This document shows, piece by piece, positions 39,447 to 52,012 of a stretch of 64,000 nucleotides of DNA (its first letter is position 1; the number at the start of each line of letters is the position of its first letter). Source of the stretch: Raja brachyura (lineage: Eukaryota); NCBI GenBank assembly GCA_963514005.1, contig OY740784.1, positions 25,544,001-25,608,000 on the forward strand, in the 5' to 3' direction. A program made the translations under genes and the position numbers. The notes beneath the pieces are model-generated. The model did no database searches. It saw nothing but the letters and a program-made list of their open reading frames with translations, and was not told where the DNA came from.

Positions 39447-41319
39447 ATCCTACTGGCCAATATACAGTCCCTTGAAAACAAAGTGGAGAACTTAAGGGCA
39501 AGGCCGGTTTATCAAAGGGAGCTGAGGGAATGCTCTGTGTTCTGTTTCTCAGAGACGTGGCTCATCCCCAGCTCCTCAGACTCCGCAGTCGAGCCTGAAG
39601 GTTTCTCCATCTATCAAATGGACCGTACACTGGCAACGGGGAAAGAGAGAGGAGGGGGCGTCTGCCTCATGGTCAACTCTGCGTGGTGCCCAGACGTGGC
39701 AGTCCTTTCCAACTCCTGCTCTCCACACCTCGAACATCTGGTGGTGAAGTGCCACCCCTGCTACCAACTGAGGGAATTCACCTCCATCATCCTGACCGTG
39801 GTCTACATCCCACCCCAAGCAGACGTCCGTCTGGCAATGGGGGAGCTGCACGCCGTGGTCAATAAGCACCAGACGGCTTACCCCGATGCATTTACCACCA
39901 TAGCTGGGGACTTCAATAAGGCAAACCTAAAGAAATCACTCCCCAACTTCCACCAACATGTCTCCTGCTGCACCAGAAGACCAAACACCCTCGACCACTG
40001 CTACACCACCATTAAGAATGCCTATCGCTCTATCCCTCGCCCTCACTTCGGTAAATCTGACCATACTGCGGTGCTGCTTCTTCCTGCCTACAGGCAGCAA
40101 TTGAAGAGCGCACCCCCAGAGGTGAGGAATGCACAGAGCTGGTCGGGGAGGCAGAGGAACAACTCCAGGACTGTTTCGAGTCTGTAGACTGGGCAATGTT
40201 CAAGGACTCAGCAACGGATCTGAATGAATACGCCACAGTCATTACAGACTTCATTTGGAAATGTGTGGAGGACTGCGTCCCAATAAAAACCTTCCGAGTG
40301 TTTCCTACAGTGATATCCGCAATCTTCTGAAGACCAGATCCCGGGCATTCAGGTCTGGAGATGCAGAGGTCTACAAGAGGTCCAGATACGACCTTGGTAA
40401 GGCCATCTAAAAGGCCAAAAGGGACCTCTGCTCCAAGCTGGAGGATGAGACGGATGTTCAGCAGCTGTGGCGGGGCTTCCTCATCCACAGACCACAGTCT
40501 GTCCGTATTGGTGGAAACGTGTCATCCTTGATAACAATCAGCACAGGAGCACCTCAAGGCTGCGTGCTCAGCCCCCTGCTGTACTCATTCTATACTTATG
40601 ACTGCGTAGCCAGACACAGTGGGAACTCCATCATCAAGTTCATGGACGACACCACTGTTGTGGAACGAATCACTATTGGTGATGAGTCAGAGTATAGAAG
40701 TGAGATCGACCGATTGACCAAATGGTGCCAGCACAACAACCTGGCGCTCAACATGAGCAAAACCAAGGAACTGATTGTGGACTTTGGAAAGGGTAGGATA
40801 GTGACCCACAATCCCATTTATATCAAAGGGACGATGGTGGAAAGGGTCAAAAACATCAAATTCCTGGGCGTGCATATTTCCGAAGATCTTTCCTGGTTCC
40901 AGCACACTGATGCAATTATAGAGAAGGCACATCAGCGCCTCTACTTCACTCTCTCGAACGTCTACAGGTACACAGAGCATACTGACTGGTTGCATCGTGG
41001 GTTGGTTCGGCAACTTGAATGTCCAGGAGCAGAAAAAGAATGCAGAAAGTTGCAGCCACAGCCCAGTCCATCATTGGCTCTGGCCTTCCCACCATCGAAG
41101 GGATCTATCGCAGTCACTGTCTCAAAAAGGCTGCCAACATCGTCAATGACCCACAACATCCTGGCCACACACTCATTCCACCGTTACCATCGGGAAGAAG
41201 GTACAGGAGCTTGAAATCTGGAACATCCAGGTTCAGGAGCAGCTTCTTCCCCACAGCCATCAGGCTATTAAACACAACATTAAACAAGCTCTTAACAATA
41301 AGTCTATTATTAATAATAA

Positions 41320-41982
41320 ATAATAATAATAATAATAAATACTTTATTGATCCCCTCAGGGAAATTCAAATGTCCAGAAGCACCCAACCAACAAACCCAC
41401 ACATTCAAAACTAACGCAGACAGAAAATACATAAAATACAATGTGGACATTACCTGTGAGCAATAAATACTTAAAAAAAAAACAAACAATAATTAACAAT
41501 TAAATTTTTTTTTAATGCAAAAATGCATCCCCCTACAGCCTAGCGGTCCAAATTATAAAATCTAATGGCTGCAGGGGTGAAGGATCTCCTGAAGCGCTCC
41601 GTTCTACAGGGCAGGGAGACAGTGCTGGACTTACCTATAAACTAAATAAGCTATAGCTTAGGGCCACACACCCTCGGGGGCCTCATTTTTTGAAATATAT
41701 TTTAATTTTATCATTTTTTACCCAAATTTTTTTAGAGAAGGGCGTCAAATTTCATACAGCTTAGGGCCTCAGCAGGTGAAAGTCCGGCCCTGCATGGAGA
41801 GGAGCCGGTTGTTGTTCCAAGTGCTCTTTTGACTCTCCAGAATTACGTGGGGGGGGGGGCCCGGGGTTTTCTAGGATGACTTGCACCTTGCGCCTCATAC
41901 GCCTCTCAAGAAGCACATCCATCCCAGAGTCCACTCTCCCCTCCAGCACTGAGCCAGCTCATTTAACCAGTTTGTCCAGCTT
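41320..41982 (-). mobile_element. Second Rex/Babar-like LINE 3' fragment, antisense, in the Rex1 3' UTR
   Basis: Minus strand LDKLVK*AGSVL..RTERFRRSFTPAAIRFYN; GGGATCAATAAAGTA plus (TTA)n tail. Confidence 0.75.
41620..41792. mobile_element. hAT-type MITE
   Basis: TIRs CAGTGCTGGACTT ... AAGTCCGGCCCTG; 8-bp TSD CAGGGAGA/CATGGAGA. Confidence 0.8.
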
Positions 41983-44663
41983 CTTGTTGTTTTATTATTG
42001 CACTTTATCAGTTTATTTATTGTGTATATATATGGTCTATGGTATATGGACACACTGAACTTTTATCTCCTGTTCTTCTTTACGTTTACATATTCTGTTG
42101 TGCTGCAGCAAGCAAGAATGTCATTGTCCTATCTGGGGCATATGACAATAAAACTCTCTTGACTCTTGACTTGGATCAAAGGTTGGTTAGATTCAAATAC
42201 TCCGTTCACACAAAACCTTATTAATAGGAAATTTATTTTTAAAGTCTGTATATGTAATGTGGTGCATACTCAGTTGGAATACAATGATTCATATTGGTTA
42301 CAATGTCTTCTGACCAACACAGATGAGTCCAATATAATTTACTGCAATGGGTTCCCTCGATGCCTCGAGAAATCTTATGTACATTACATTACATACATTA
42401 CTGCCTTTCTCCATTATTATTGGCTGAAAGTGGGGCTGAATCCTTGGGCACCATTGCCATGTTGCCAAAATAAATAGCTGAAGGAAGTAACCTCTTAATG
42501 CCCAGAAGAAGAAAAAAATCAATCAACCTTAACACACTCCTTGTGAATTCAAAGAGTTGATGTAATGAAATGTCAGAAAAATTTCCCCCGAGGAGTTCAT
42601 TGCTACATTTAAGTTTCAGAGATCCTGTTCATTCCTGACAGATTTCAAACATAATGACGATTGTGATCTTGGTATTAGCTAATTCTTGCCAGAGCATGAT
42701 TCCAAACATTGACCGGTATTCCATTTTAACTGTTCTAATGAGCTTTGAGATATATTTATCTGGTCACCTTGTACCACACTGATTCTAATGCTTCACAGAA
42801 AGCATGTCTGAGAGATGGCAATAGATTTAAATCCGTTTCACATTGATTTCCCAATGTATTATAAATAATATGACTAAATACATTTTACTGGTAATTCCCT
42901 CAGTGTTTATTATTGGATCTGATCTGTTGTACTGTTTATGCCAAGTTTTCAGATGAACACCAAAAAAATGCAAGGATTTTGCACAATCTTTCCTTTAACT
43001 TGTCTTTTGCAATATAGTGGTAATTGCTCATTCTGTGCGTCATTTTCCTCCAGGAAGCATAATCTGTTCCAGGTTTTCCCTGGCTCACTCCAGGGACAGC
43101 TTTGTTACACGACAGGAGAGGAATCTTTACTCTTCCCAGAAGAGATCTATCCTGCCTAGATTATCAAGCAAACTAATCCAGAAGTGGTTGATTCAGATAA
43201 ATATATTGAGACTTGAAAGCCAAATTTTAGGAGATGAAAGATTAACTATGATTGTGACATTACTTTTACAAGAGAAAATGCACATACCTCTGTGAAGTAA
43301 TGGATATTAATATGTGAGGTAATACGTGAGTTTATATCAGTGCCGTATATGTGGTGACTCTTTGCAAACTTTGTGCATGGCATACGAAGCAAAGAACTTC
43401 ATTGCAACATGTCACATGTGATAATAATGTATCATTCATACATCAAGAAGTTTACATTGTTAATTCTTAATATTCACTGAAACTCATCAAAAAGAGTGGG
43501 AAAAGATCATCTAGTCTGTCCGATAGGCTTCCAGCCACAGAAGGATTGTCTCCCTTCAGCACCAATCTACTTGTACTCTTTGAAATGATGCTTTGAAGGC
43601 AGCTCCCACCTCTTCACATCTCTTCACTGTACTCTTGGAAACATATCTGCATCAAGCAATACCAATGTGTTACAAACTGTTACAGCTTGCATCTGCAAAG
43701 GACAGTGGACACAGAGGTCTGGATTTTTTTAAGGCAGAAGCGGATAGATTCTTAATAAGCAAGGGAACGAGAGGTTACAAATGTTGATAAGGAATGCCAA
43801 GTTGAGGTTACATCCTTTACACAATAAGAGTTATGGTTTTATTAAATGCTAGACGAGGGTCTACTGCCTAATCCTATTCCTAATTCATTTGATTATAAAT
43901 TGGAACTCATTCAAACATCTACAGCCTCTATTCAGACTAACAGCAATTCACTCATGCTCCTGAGCTTTCTGAACACCATCAGCTTCTGGTCCAGCATGTC
44001 TCAGTTTTAAAATTCTCCATCCATATTTCCAACCTCTCCATAGCTTCATTCATCATCTGTGTAACATTTTCCAGTCCTATGACCAGCAGATTTCTATGTT
44101 CTTCCTATTATAATCACCCATGCCTGTTATCAACTTCCTGTTGAGGAGACGTTGGAATCACTCAGCATCTTTGACTCTATCCTCTATTTAAAATGCTCCT
44201 TAGCACCCAAGACCAAGACCAGTCTGAAAAAGGGTCTCAACCCAAAATGTCACCCATTCCTTCTCTCCAGTGATGTTACCTGTCCCGCTGAGTTACTCCA
44301 GCATTTTGTGTCTAGTATTAAAATATCTTTATGTTGCTAAATTTCATTTGTTATCCTGACCTTGAACCTTTCAGGAAGCAGGCTCCATGGAAGTGCATGC
44401 ACATTTGTGATTTTCTGATTTGTGCAGTTCTGATTTGCCACAGACTTGGTTTTACTACCAAGTCCCCTTCCCTAGACCATTTTCATTAATTAATGAATTC
44501 TGGATCAAATCTAGAGATGTCCCAATTGTGTTTAGGAATATTTATTTGCCTCACCTTGAATGGTTTTGCTCAATTTCTATGCCCTTGTGCAAATTGTGAT
44601 GGCGCTGATAAATCTCATTATTGCGGAGAATTATTATTTTTTAATGTCAAATATAAATAAAGA

Positions 44664-44668
<5 letters not shown>

Positions 44669-44703
<35 letters not shown>
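44669..44703. repeat. (AT)n microsatellite
   Basis: About 17 perfect AT units. Confidence 0.98.
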
Positions 44704-44706
<3 letters not shown>

Positions 44707-45564
44707 AATAAAGGAAAATATAAAGTATTTAAACATTCACTGTTAAGCAAAGGGGAGGAATGATCATAGGGTAAATTGAACATATCTGGGGAATTGGCAT
44801 TGCGGGACATCACAAGAAAACGCCACAGACTGATCCCTGCAGAAAGATCTTGCCTCATATTGAGATCCGCTGCCAATTAGTTTTTGAGATCTGCTTTTCA
44901 TGTGCGATGGAAATGAAGAAATGGGCACGTCACCAAGTGTTGGGCAACAGGAAGACTTATTCAGATTGCGCAAATGATCAAATACTGTTCCGGACTGCTT
45001 GTCCGTAAACATCAGCAGCGTCATCTGGCCAACATATGCATCCTTTGTGTGTCACAGAGTCATAGGGTCATATATCAGGGACATTGGGCCTTCAGCGCAC
45101 TGTTCCATGCCAACCATAAAGTATTTATACCATTCCCATTTACTCAGCACTCGGTCCCTTGCCTTATATGCCTTGGTGATTAGAGTGCGTCCAGATAAGT
45201 TTTAAATGTTGTGGGAGTACCTGAACTTACAAGTCATTCAGCCAATACCTTCCCGGTTCCAACCACCATCTAGATGAAAAACAAAATATTCCACAATCGG
45301 TTCCCCTCAGCCTTGTCCACTTCAAGGAAAACAAACCCTATCCATCCAAGCTCTCCCCTTAGCTGACGTTCTTCATCCCAGGCTACATCCTGGAGGATAC
45401 TCTATACACTCAGTCAATAGCATGGCGAGTGTGACTTTGCAACAAATAGGAAAGTCCAGGATTGCTGGTGCATGGACCTCACAATGATTCTTTATAAAAT
45501 GTTTTTCTACACCAGGGATGGATGAGTAGATGATAAGAATAGATTCCTTTTTTTTTTTAAAGAC

Positions 45565-45887
45565 ACAGCATGTAAACAGGCACTTTGGCACATCGATTCC
45601 ACGCCGACCATCGATCACCAGTTCACAATGGTTTTATGTTATCCCACTTTCTCACTCAATCCCTGCACATTAGGAGCAATTTTTTGTAAACATGTTTTAA
45701 GCAATTAACCGACAAACCCACACATCTTTGGGGTTACAGAAGGAAACCAGAGCACCTGTAGGAAACCCACATGGTCACAAGGAGAATTTGCAAACTCCAC
45801 ACACACAGCAACCAAGGTCAGGATTGAACCCAGGACTCCGGTGCTGTGAAGCAGCAACTCTACCAGTTGTGTCACTGAGTCACCCAC
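45565..45887 (-). mobile_element. HE1-type V-SINE
   Basis: Reverse complement of head, V-domain (GGAAACCAGAGCACCTGTAGGAAACCC) and tail. Confidence 0.8.
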
Positions 45888-46989
45888 CTTTCTTTCAAAT
45901 GTTACAATCTTGTTTTGTTTTGGGAGGAACCAACATTTTTACAGTCAGTAGCTGCAGTGTGTAAATTCTGTATGATGTGTTGCACCGTCATTGATGTTGA
46001 TTCAGCACAGTCGCCCTTATTTGTGACTCTATCATTGAGAAGACAAGAACAACAATATCATGCAAACACCAGTATCTACAGGTTCATCTCCAGATCATGT
46101 GACTTGTTAACGTTGACATACATCATTCTTCTTCTTCTACTTTCCAGGACAGAATCTTAAAATTCCCAAATACTGTTTTAGGGATCTTCACAAAAATTGC
46201 ACGTGTTTCAAGGCCAGTGAGATTGGTGATAAATCCTGCCTCACTAGTTTCATCCTCAACCCCAAAAGCATACTTTCTAAGAAGATTGAGTAGGTTTAGA
46301 TTACAGCTCCTGTACTGAATTAGAGTGCGAGCTTAAGATGGAAAATAAACCTCCCCGCGTACAGGGGTTATGTGATTAGTCCATTACTGTAGCGGAATGG
46401 GATTAAATTGATAGGCCCGGGAGAATCACAATAGTCTTGTTTCCCTTTTTAATTAATGACTGAAATCTATAACTAATTCATTAATTTAATAAATGGACTT
46501 GATTAACATAATATAACAATTTATACCTGCAGAAAGGCAAAGAAATAAATGTTGAGTTTGCTACTATTTTAGTTTCATTTCATTAATTATAAATCACATA
46601 TCATATATCACATAACATTTTTATGATTTGGCAAAAGAGCGAAAGGAGATGTGGTGACGTGGATCATGATATGTTTGCAATCTAGAAAAAAAATGTAAGA
46701 ATAAAAATCTGCGTCTCAGACTGCAAATATGTGGTAAGTTGAGCATTTGCTACTGGAACCGTAAAAAGATACCTTAAATATAATTGAAGGAACAATATCA
46801 GGATTTGCTGAAAATCAAAATAACAACTTGTGACTCTACAACAGTCAAAGTTAGGCCACAGAAGAGAAAATGTGCAATAATCATACTAAGTGGTAATAAA
46901 TGAAAGTACAGTGTTTCATATATTTCAGAGAAAAACAATAACAATTTTAAATACCTAGACATTTCACAGAAGTTTTTATAAGGTATAAT

Positions 46990-47700
46990 GAAAATAGAAC
47001 AGTATTTCACAGGAACAGGCCCTTCGGTTGACAATATCTGTGCCGGACATGATGCCAAGATAAACTAAATTAATCTGCCTGCAAATGATCCAAATCCCTG
47101 CATTCCCAGTATATCCACATGTCTATCCAAAAGACTCATATGCTATTATCATATCTGCCTCCACCACTACACCAGGCAGCACGTTCCAAGCACTCACGAT
47201 TATCTGTGGAAAAAAAAAACTTGCCTTGCTCATCTTCTTTAAACTTTATCCCATCTCAGCTTAAAGATATGCCCTCTAGCCTTTTATTCACCCTGGCAAA
47301 ATAGTTCTGATTGTCTACCTTATCTATCCCTTTTATAATGTTATACACTTCTACCAGATGTCTCCTCAACCTCCAGCATTCCAGAGAAAACAATCCAAGC
47401 TTGTCCAATCTGTCCTTGGAGCCAACACATGCTAATCCAGGCAGCATTCTGGTCACATCTGAACCCTGTCCAAAGCCTCCCATGTCCTTCCTGTAATGAG
47501 GTCACCAGAACTGCACGCAATATTTCAAATGCAGCCTAACCAAAGTCGTATAAAGCTGCATCATGACCTCCTGGCTCTTATATTCAATGTCCAAACCAAT
47601 GAAGGCAAGCATTCATATGTCTTATTTGCCACTCTACAAGTGTCACTTTCAGGGAGTTATGGACGGGAACCCCAAGATCCATCTGTACATCTATGTTGTA
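46990..47700 (-). mobile_element. Older CR1 3' fragment
   Basis: RMLPGL..RLDKLGLFSLECWRLRRHLVEVYNIIKG. Confidence 0.8.
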
Positions 47701-48730
47701 AGAGTAAAGGAACCCTGATAGTCCATTGAGAATGAGAGGAGATCAATAGCTGTCGGCAGAACAAAAATATAAAGAAGAAAACCTGGCTTTTCCTGGCTTG
47801 CTCTGAGCCAAGGGCTCAGAATTCAGAAAAAATGAAGTTGAAGTTGAATGAAGTTGAACTAGTTAAGACCAAGGTCTCAATAAGATTGAATACAATATTG
47901 TGTAAATTATGACAATTCCTTGTCATGGTACAAAAACAAAGAAGAATATAGTGCAGTTTTGTCCCCCCACAGGTTTGAGCATAGAGGAATAGAGCGCAGG
48001 TTTTCTTAGAATGTGGGCTTTGGTGAATCAGGGGGGAGTTGGAGCAACCAAACTTTGACATTGTTTTACAAATATGGCATCAGTGTATGTCAGATAGCTG
48101 TTTGACAAGCGGCTAGTGAACATTTTCCAGCAGACATCTGCATTATGAGATATCAGTAAAGATGGGCACAGCTTTCTGCAGAGTGCAGGGATTTGGGAAA
48201 ATAATAATTGGAATGTTGCCTATTTTATTCCAGTAGTATAAATAGTACAAAACTGATGGCCAAGTATTAAAAGTGTATAAGAGGAAAATAAGTAATTGTA
48301 TTAAATTATAGTGCAAGCAAGGAACTACGGATGCTGGTTTTCCAAGGAAAGACACAAAATGCTGTCTACTCAGAGTAACTCAGCACGTCGGGCAGCATCC
48401 CTGGAAAACATGGATAGGTGACATCTTCAGCCTGAAGAAGGGTCCCAACCTGAAATATCACCTTTCCATGTTCTTCAGGGATGGTGCCTGACCTGCTGAG
48501 TTACTCCAGCTATTTGTGGCTTTCTCTGAATAAAGGTACAGAGCTGAAAAAAAATGGAATGCTCATGTGAACCCATCGCAGAAATGAGAGCATTTACAAT
48601 AAAGAATAAATAAATGACAGTGGAATTAAATAAATACTTTGCATTTTTCTTCACAGAAGAAATAACAAGCCTTTCAGAAATAATTGGGAACTAAAACTCC
48701 AGTGCAAATAAGGAAATCAATGAAATTAGT

Positions 48731-48940
48731 CACAAAATGCTGGAGTAACTCACTGGGTCAGACAGCATCTCTGGAGAAAAGGAATAGGTGACATTTCGGG
48801 TCGAGACCCTTCTTCAGACCTTCTCAACCCGAAACATCACTATTTCTTTTCTCCAGAGATGCTGTCTGAACCGTTGAGTTACTGCCACATTTTGTGTCTA
48901 TCTTCGGTTTAAACCAGCATCTGCAATTCCTTTCTACAAA
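48731..48940. mobile_element. Fold-back Penelope pLTR mini-element
   Basis: Inverted arms meet at the hammerhead; 12-bp TSD AATGAAATTAGT at 48719-48730 and 48941-48952. Confidence 0.85.
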
Positions 48941-49139
48941 AATGAAATTAGTGCCAGTAACAAGTGTAACAGCAATTTGGCTGAAGATCAAATGTTTAAT
49001 TTTCACGTTTGCTAATGACATGGAACTAAAGTGAATGTGAGTGTTGATGAGGATGCAAAGATTCTTTTAAAGCAATTAAGAAGGCAAGTGGTTTATTTGC
49101 CTTTATTGCAAGCAAGGATGTCTAACTATAATTATATAG

Positions 49140-49332
49140 TTTTAAAGAAGGAACTGCAGATGCTGGAGAATCGAGGGTTACACAAAAAGCTGGAGAAACT
49201 CAACGGGTGCAGCAGCATCTAAGGAGCGAAGGAGATAGGTGACGTTTCGTCTCGACCCGAAACGTCGCCTATCTCCTTTGCTCCTTAGATGCTGCTGCAC
49301 CCGCTGAGTTTCTCCAGCTTTTTGTGTAGCCC
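49140..49332. mobile_element. Fold-back Penelope pLTR mini-element
   Basis: Near-perfect inverted arms; 12-bp TSD ATAATTATATAG at 49128-49139 and 49333-49344. Confidence 0.85.
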
Positions 49333-49689
49333 ATAATTATATAGAGCCTCAGTGAGAACACACCCAGTGGACCAGAGAGAAAACAGAAACAAAATGCTGG
49401 AATAACTCAGCGGGTCAGGCAGCATCTTTGGAGAGAAGGAAAGGGGGATGTTTTGGGTCCAATTTTAGTCTCTTTTTTTGAAAAAAGGAAATACTTAGAG
49501 GGAATTCTGCAAAGTTTCATCAGACTGGTTTGAACAATGCCTGTCTGTAATTTGTATATAGACCAGCCACAATCCTGTTGCAAGGCAGAACAGAACTCAG
49601 GGGTTTTACATTGGACTCCTGATTCTATTTCTTATGTTCTTACGTGAGAACTGCTTTTAGCATTATATATATGGGACACTTTATCTGAT

Positions 49690-49906
49690 TGATAAAAATA
49701 CATCTATTGATGCTCCTGAACACATCATCAGTGATGGGGTCATGGGGTGTTTCGGATCTTTCAACATCAGACACCCTCGCCCAGGCGAACCAGCCGTGGT
49801 TGATCAGACCACGACTTGTGTTCAGGTGGCATTCGCTCCTCCCCATGGACCTTCTCTCCTGATCCAGAGCCATCTCGAGGCCATCTCCACTGCCTCCACT
49901 GTCGTG
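49690..49906 (-). mobile_element. HERO (R2-Hero, RLE-type) non-LTR 3' fragment
   Basis: Minus frame EAVEMASRWLWIRREGPWGGANAT* resembles the HERO C-terminal ASRWLW motif as I recall it; 3' UTR GGGTGTCTGATGTTGAAAGA..GAAACACCC..ACTGATGATGTG. Confidence 0.65.
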
Positions 49907-51055
49907 TAAACAATCATTATTTAATACTATTGCATTTAGATTTAAACTTACTTTTAATTACTTTATTGTCTCATTTTATAATCTAAGAGTGTTAACTAAG
50001 ATTATACTTCAGTAGGAGTGGAGGAATTGAAACCGCCAGCAAGATATGATTATATTAACAGCCTCGTTCCGGTAATCATAGTAGGTACTATAATGGAACA
50101 AGTTCACAATGTTGTGCTGCAGAATCAGAAGACTTTATTCCTATATTACAAATTAATGACTGAAGTCCTGTGGCAATTCATTAATGTTACCCATGCACAT
50201 TCAATGAAGCAATTTAACAGTATGAATGCAGCAGTTAACGACTTGTAACATTATTTTACATAATTAAGAAAACCTTGATAATATCATGGGAACGAACCAA
50301 TCTTGCATTCATTAGCTGGGAAGACTTTGACTGTTCCATCTGTTGCAAGCAATTTAAATGCCATAGATTAGAATTTTATAACCTGCTCTTTCTTACTTAA
50401 TTTACAGCTCAAATTATTATTCATGTGCATATGTGCTTACTTGTATTTACACCATAAATAAAGATTGCCACTACACCACATTTTAAGTGGATAATATATT
50501 GTATATACTATGACAGCTCAATAAAAGGGCAATGCAGAAGAAATACTGGGTCTCACATTCAATCAAGTAACATCTGGGAGAGTGAATATAATACTGTAAC
50601 CAGGATTGTTATATAAACACATTTTTTTGAAGTGAAGAGCACAGCAGTGAGCTTTTACATCTGCGTAACACATCTAAATTAATTTATTTAAAAAACCCTT
50701 CACAATAGTTGAATGGTGACAGTAAATGTTGGTAGCTAGGGCTCATGGGGATATGGTCAGGAGATTGGTTTTTCAATCTGCTGATTGGATGATCAGACTG
50801 AAAGTGGGTGAGGTTCATAAAACTGCAAGGATTAGTGGTCATAATCAAGGATGGAGCAGTTAAGGAAGAATAAGGAAAGAACACTGAATCACTGAAAGAG
50901 TATCTAACCAAGACAGGATCCTGATAGTGGACGCCACAGGCAACATCGCCAGGCCCGACCTACCACTACATCACCGATCCGTCACCTCCACAGGGACTGA
51001 CATAGAATGCTGGAGTAACTCAGCGGGACAGGCAGCATCACTGGAGAGAAGGAAG

Positions 51056-51090
51056 GGGTGACGTTTCGGGTCGAGACCCTTCTTCAGACT
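51056..51090 (-). ncRNA. Intact minimal hammerhead ribozyme heading a 93-bp Penelope pLTR insert (50998-51090)
   Basis: Minus strand AGT-CTGAAGA-AGGG-TCTCGA-CCC-GAAA-CGTC^ACCCC; direct repeat CCACAGGGAC at 50988-50997 and 51096-51105. Confidence 0.72.
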
Positions 51091-51611
51091 CGCCACCACA
51101 GGGACAATGGGCTTGATATTTTGAAGAAATTGATACTTGAAAGCTACTAGATGGTGCCAGAAAACATGAGGACTCTTTGTCCACTGCCTCAGAAGAAATC
51201 ATTAAAAAAAAAAAAATACTACAATCATTACACTACATTAAATATGCATGGTTGTGCTCATGTATAGTGTGTTTTTACTCGATTGTAAACCAAACAGAGC
51301 ATTTCATTGCATCTCTGTGCATGTGACAAGGTGACTATTGAAATAATACTGAAACAAGCCTCACAAACATTGTAAAGACCTTCTACTGCACCTGTGCCCC
51401 AATGTTTGAACAATAATCCCATGATTTCCATGGTACTGGATATCATTGTGCACGTTAAGTACTCGCTAATGACTAGCTCATCAGATATAAGGAGGACCTC
51501 AGAGTTTGTGTAACTTACAGCAAGTCCACAATTTTCAATTATGTTTACAAAAAAAGATGGAATAATACAAATCATCCCATTTAATGCATGTAATATTGTT
51601 TTGTGCCAATA

Positions 51612-52012
51612 CACACAGAGGGTGGTGGTTTGTATATGGAACAAGCTGACAGAGGAGGTAGTTGCGGCAGGTACTATAACAACATTTAAAAGACATTTAG
51701 ACAGGAATATGGAGAGAAACTGTTTAGAGGGAATAGACCAATTGCAGGTAGATGGGACTAGTATAGAGAGGATAGACACAAAATGCCAGAGTAACTCAGC
51801 AGGGCAGGCAACATCTCTGGAGAGAAGAAATAGGAGACGTTTCAGGTCAAGACTCTTCAGTGTCTTCAGACACTCCTGCATTTTGTGTCTATCTTCGGTT
51901 TAAACCAGCATCTGGAGTTCCTTCCTACACTAGTATAGAGAGGGCATCTTGCTCGGCATAGAGAAGTTGGGCTGAAGGGCCCGCTCCTGTGCTACATGAC
52001 TATGACTCTAAT
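51612..52012 (+). mobile_element. CR1 3' fragment containing a Penelope pLTR insert (51772-51928)
   Basis: TQRVVVCIWNKLTEEVVAAGTITTFKRHLD; insert flanked by 15-bp TSD ACTAGTATAGAGAGG. Confidence 0.85.

Larger units (their letters stand above)
36958..42172 (+). mobile_element. Rex1/Babar LINE with intact 5' end, internally deleted and interrupted twice
   Basis: Starts CCAAGATGGCGCC; the ORF runs ..GLQVRLKHRGLRPSLLTI | LLANIQSLENK..FSETWL..GGGVCLMVN..IAGDFN..LDHCY..SDH (APE), then GAPQGCVLSPLLY..KFMDDT (RT); ends AATAAA..(TCTTGAC)n. Confidence 0.9.

Noticed and set aside
46640-46670. TCCACGT loop on the minus strand as a third HDV-like ribozyme
   Set aside because: No flanking P3, P1 or P2 pairing and no GAA tail.
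49745-49778. Hammerhead-like CTGATG..GAAAC on the minus strand of the HERO 3' UTR
   Set aside because: It reads CTGATGT rather than CTGANGA and has no stem II.
49640-49899. Apparent minus-strand exon with a GTAAGA donor and 77-aa ORF
   Set aside because: The donor is part of a CR1-type tail (CTATTTCTTATGTTCTTA) and the body is better explained as a HERO 3' end.
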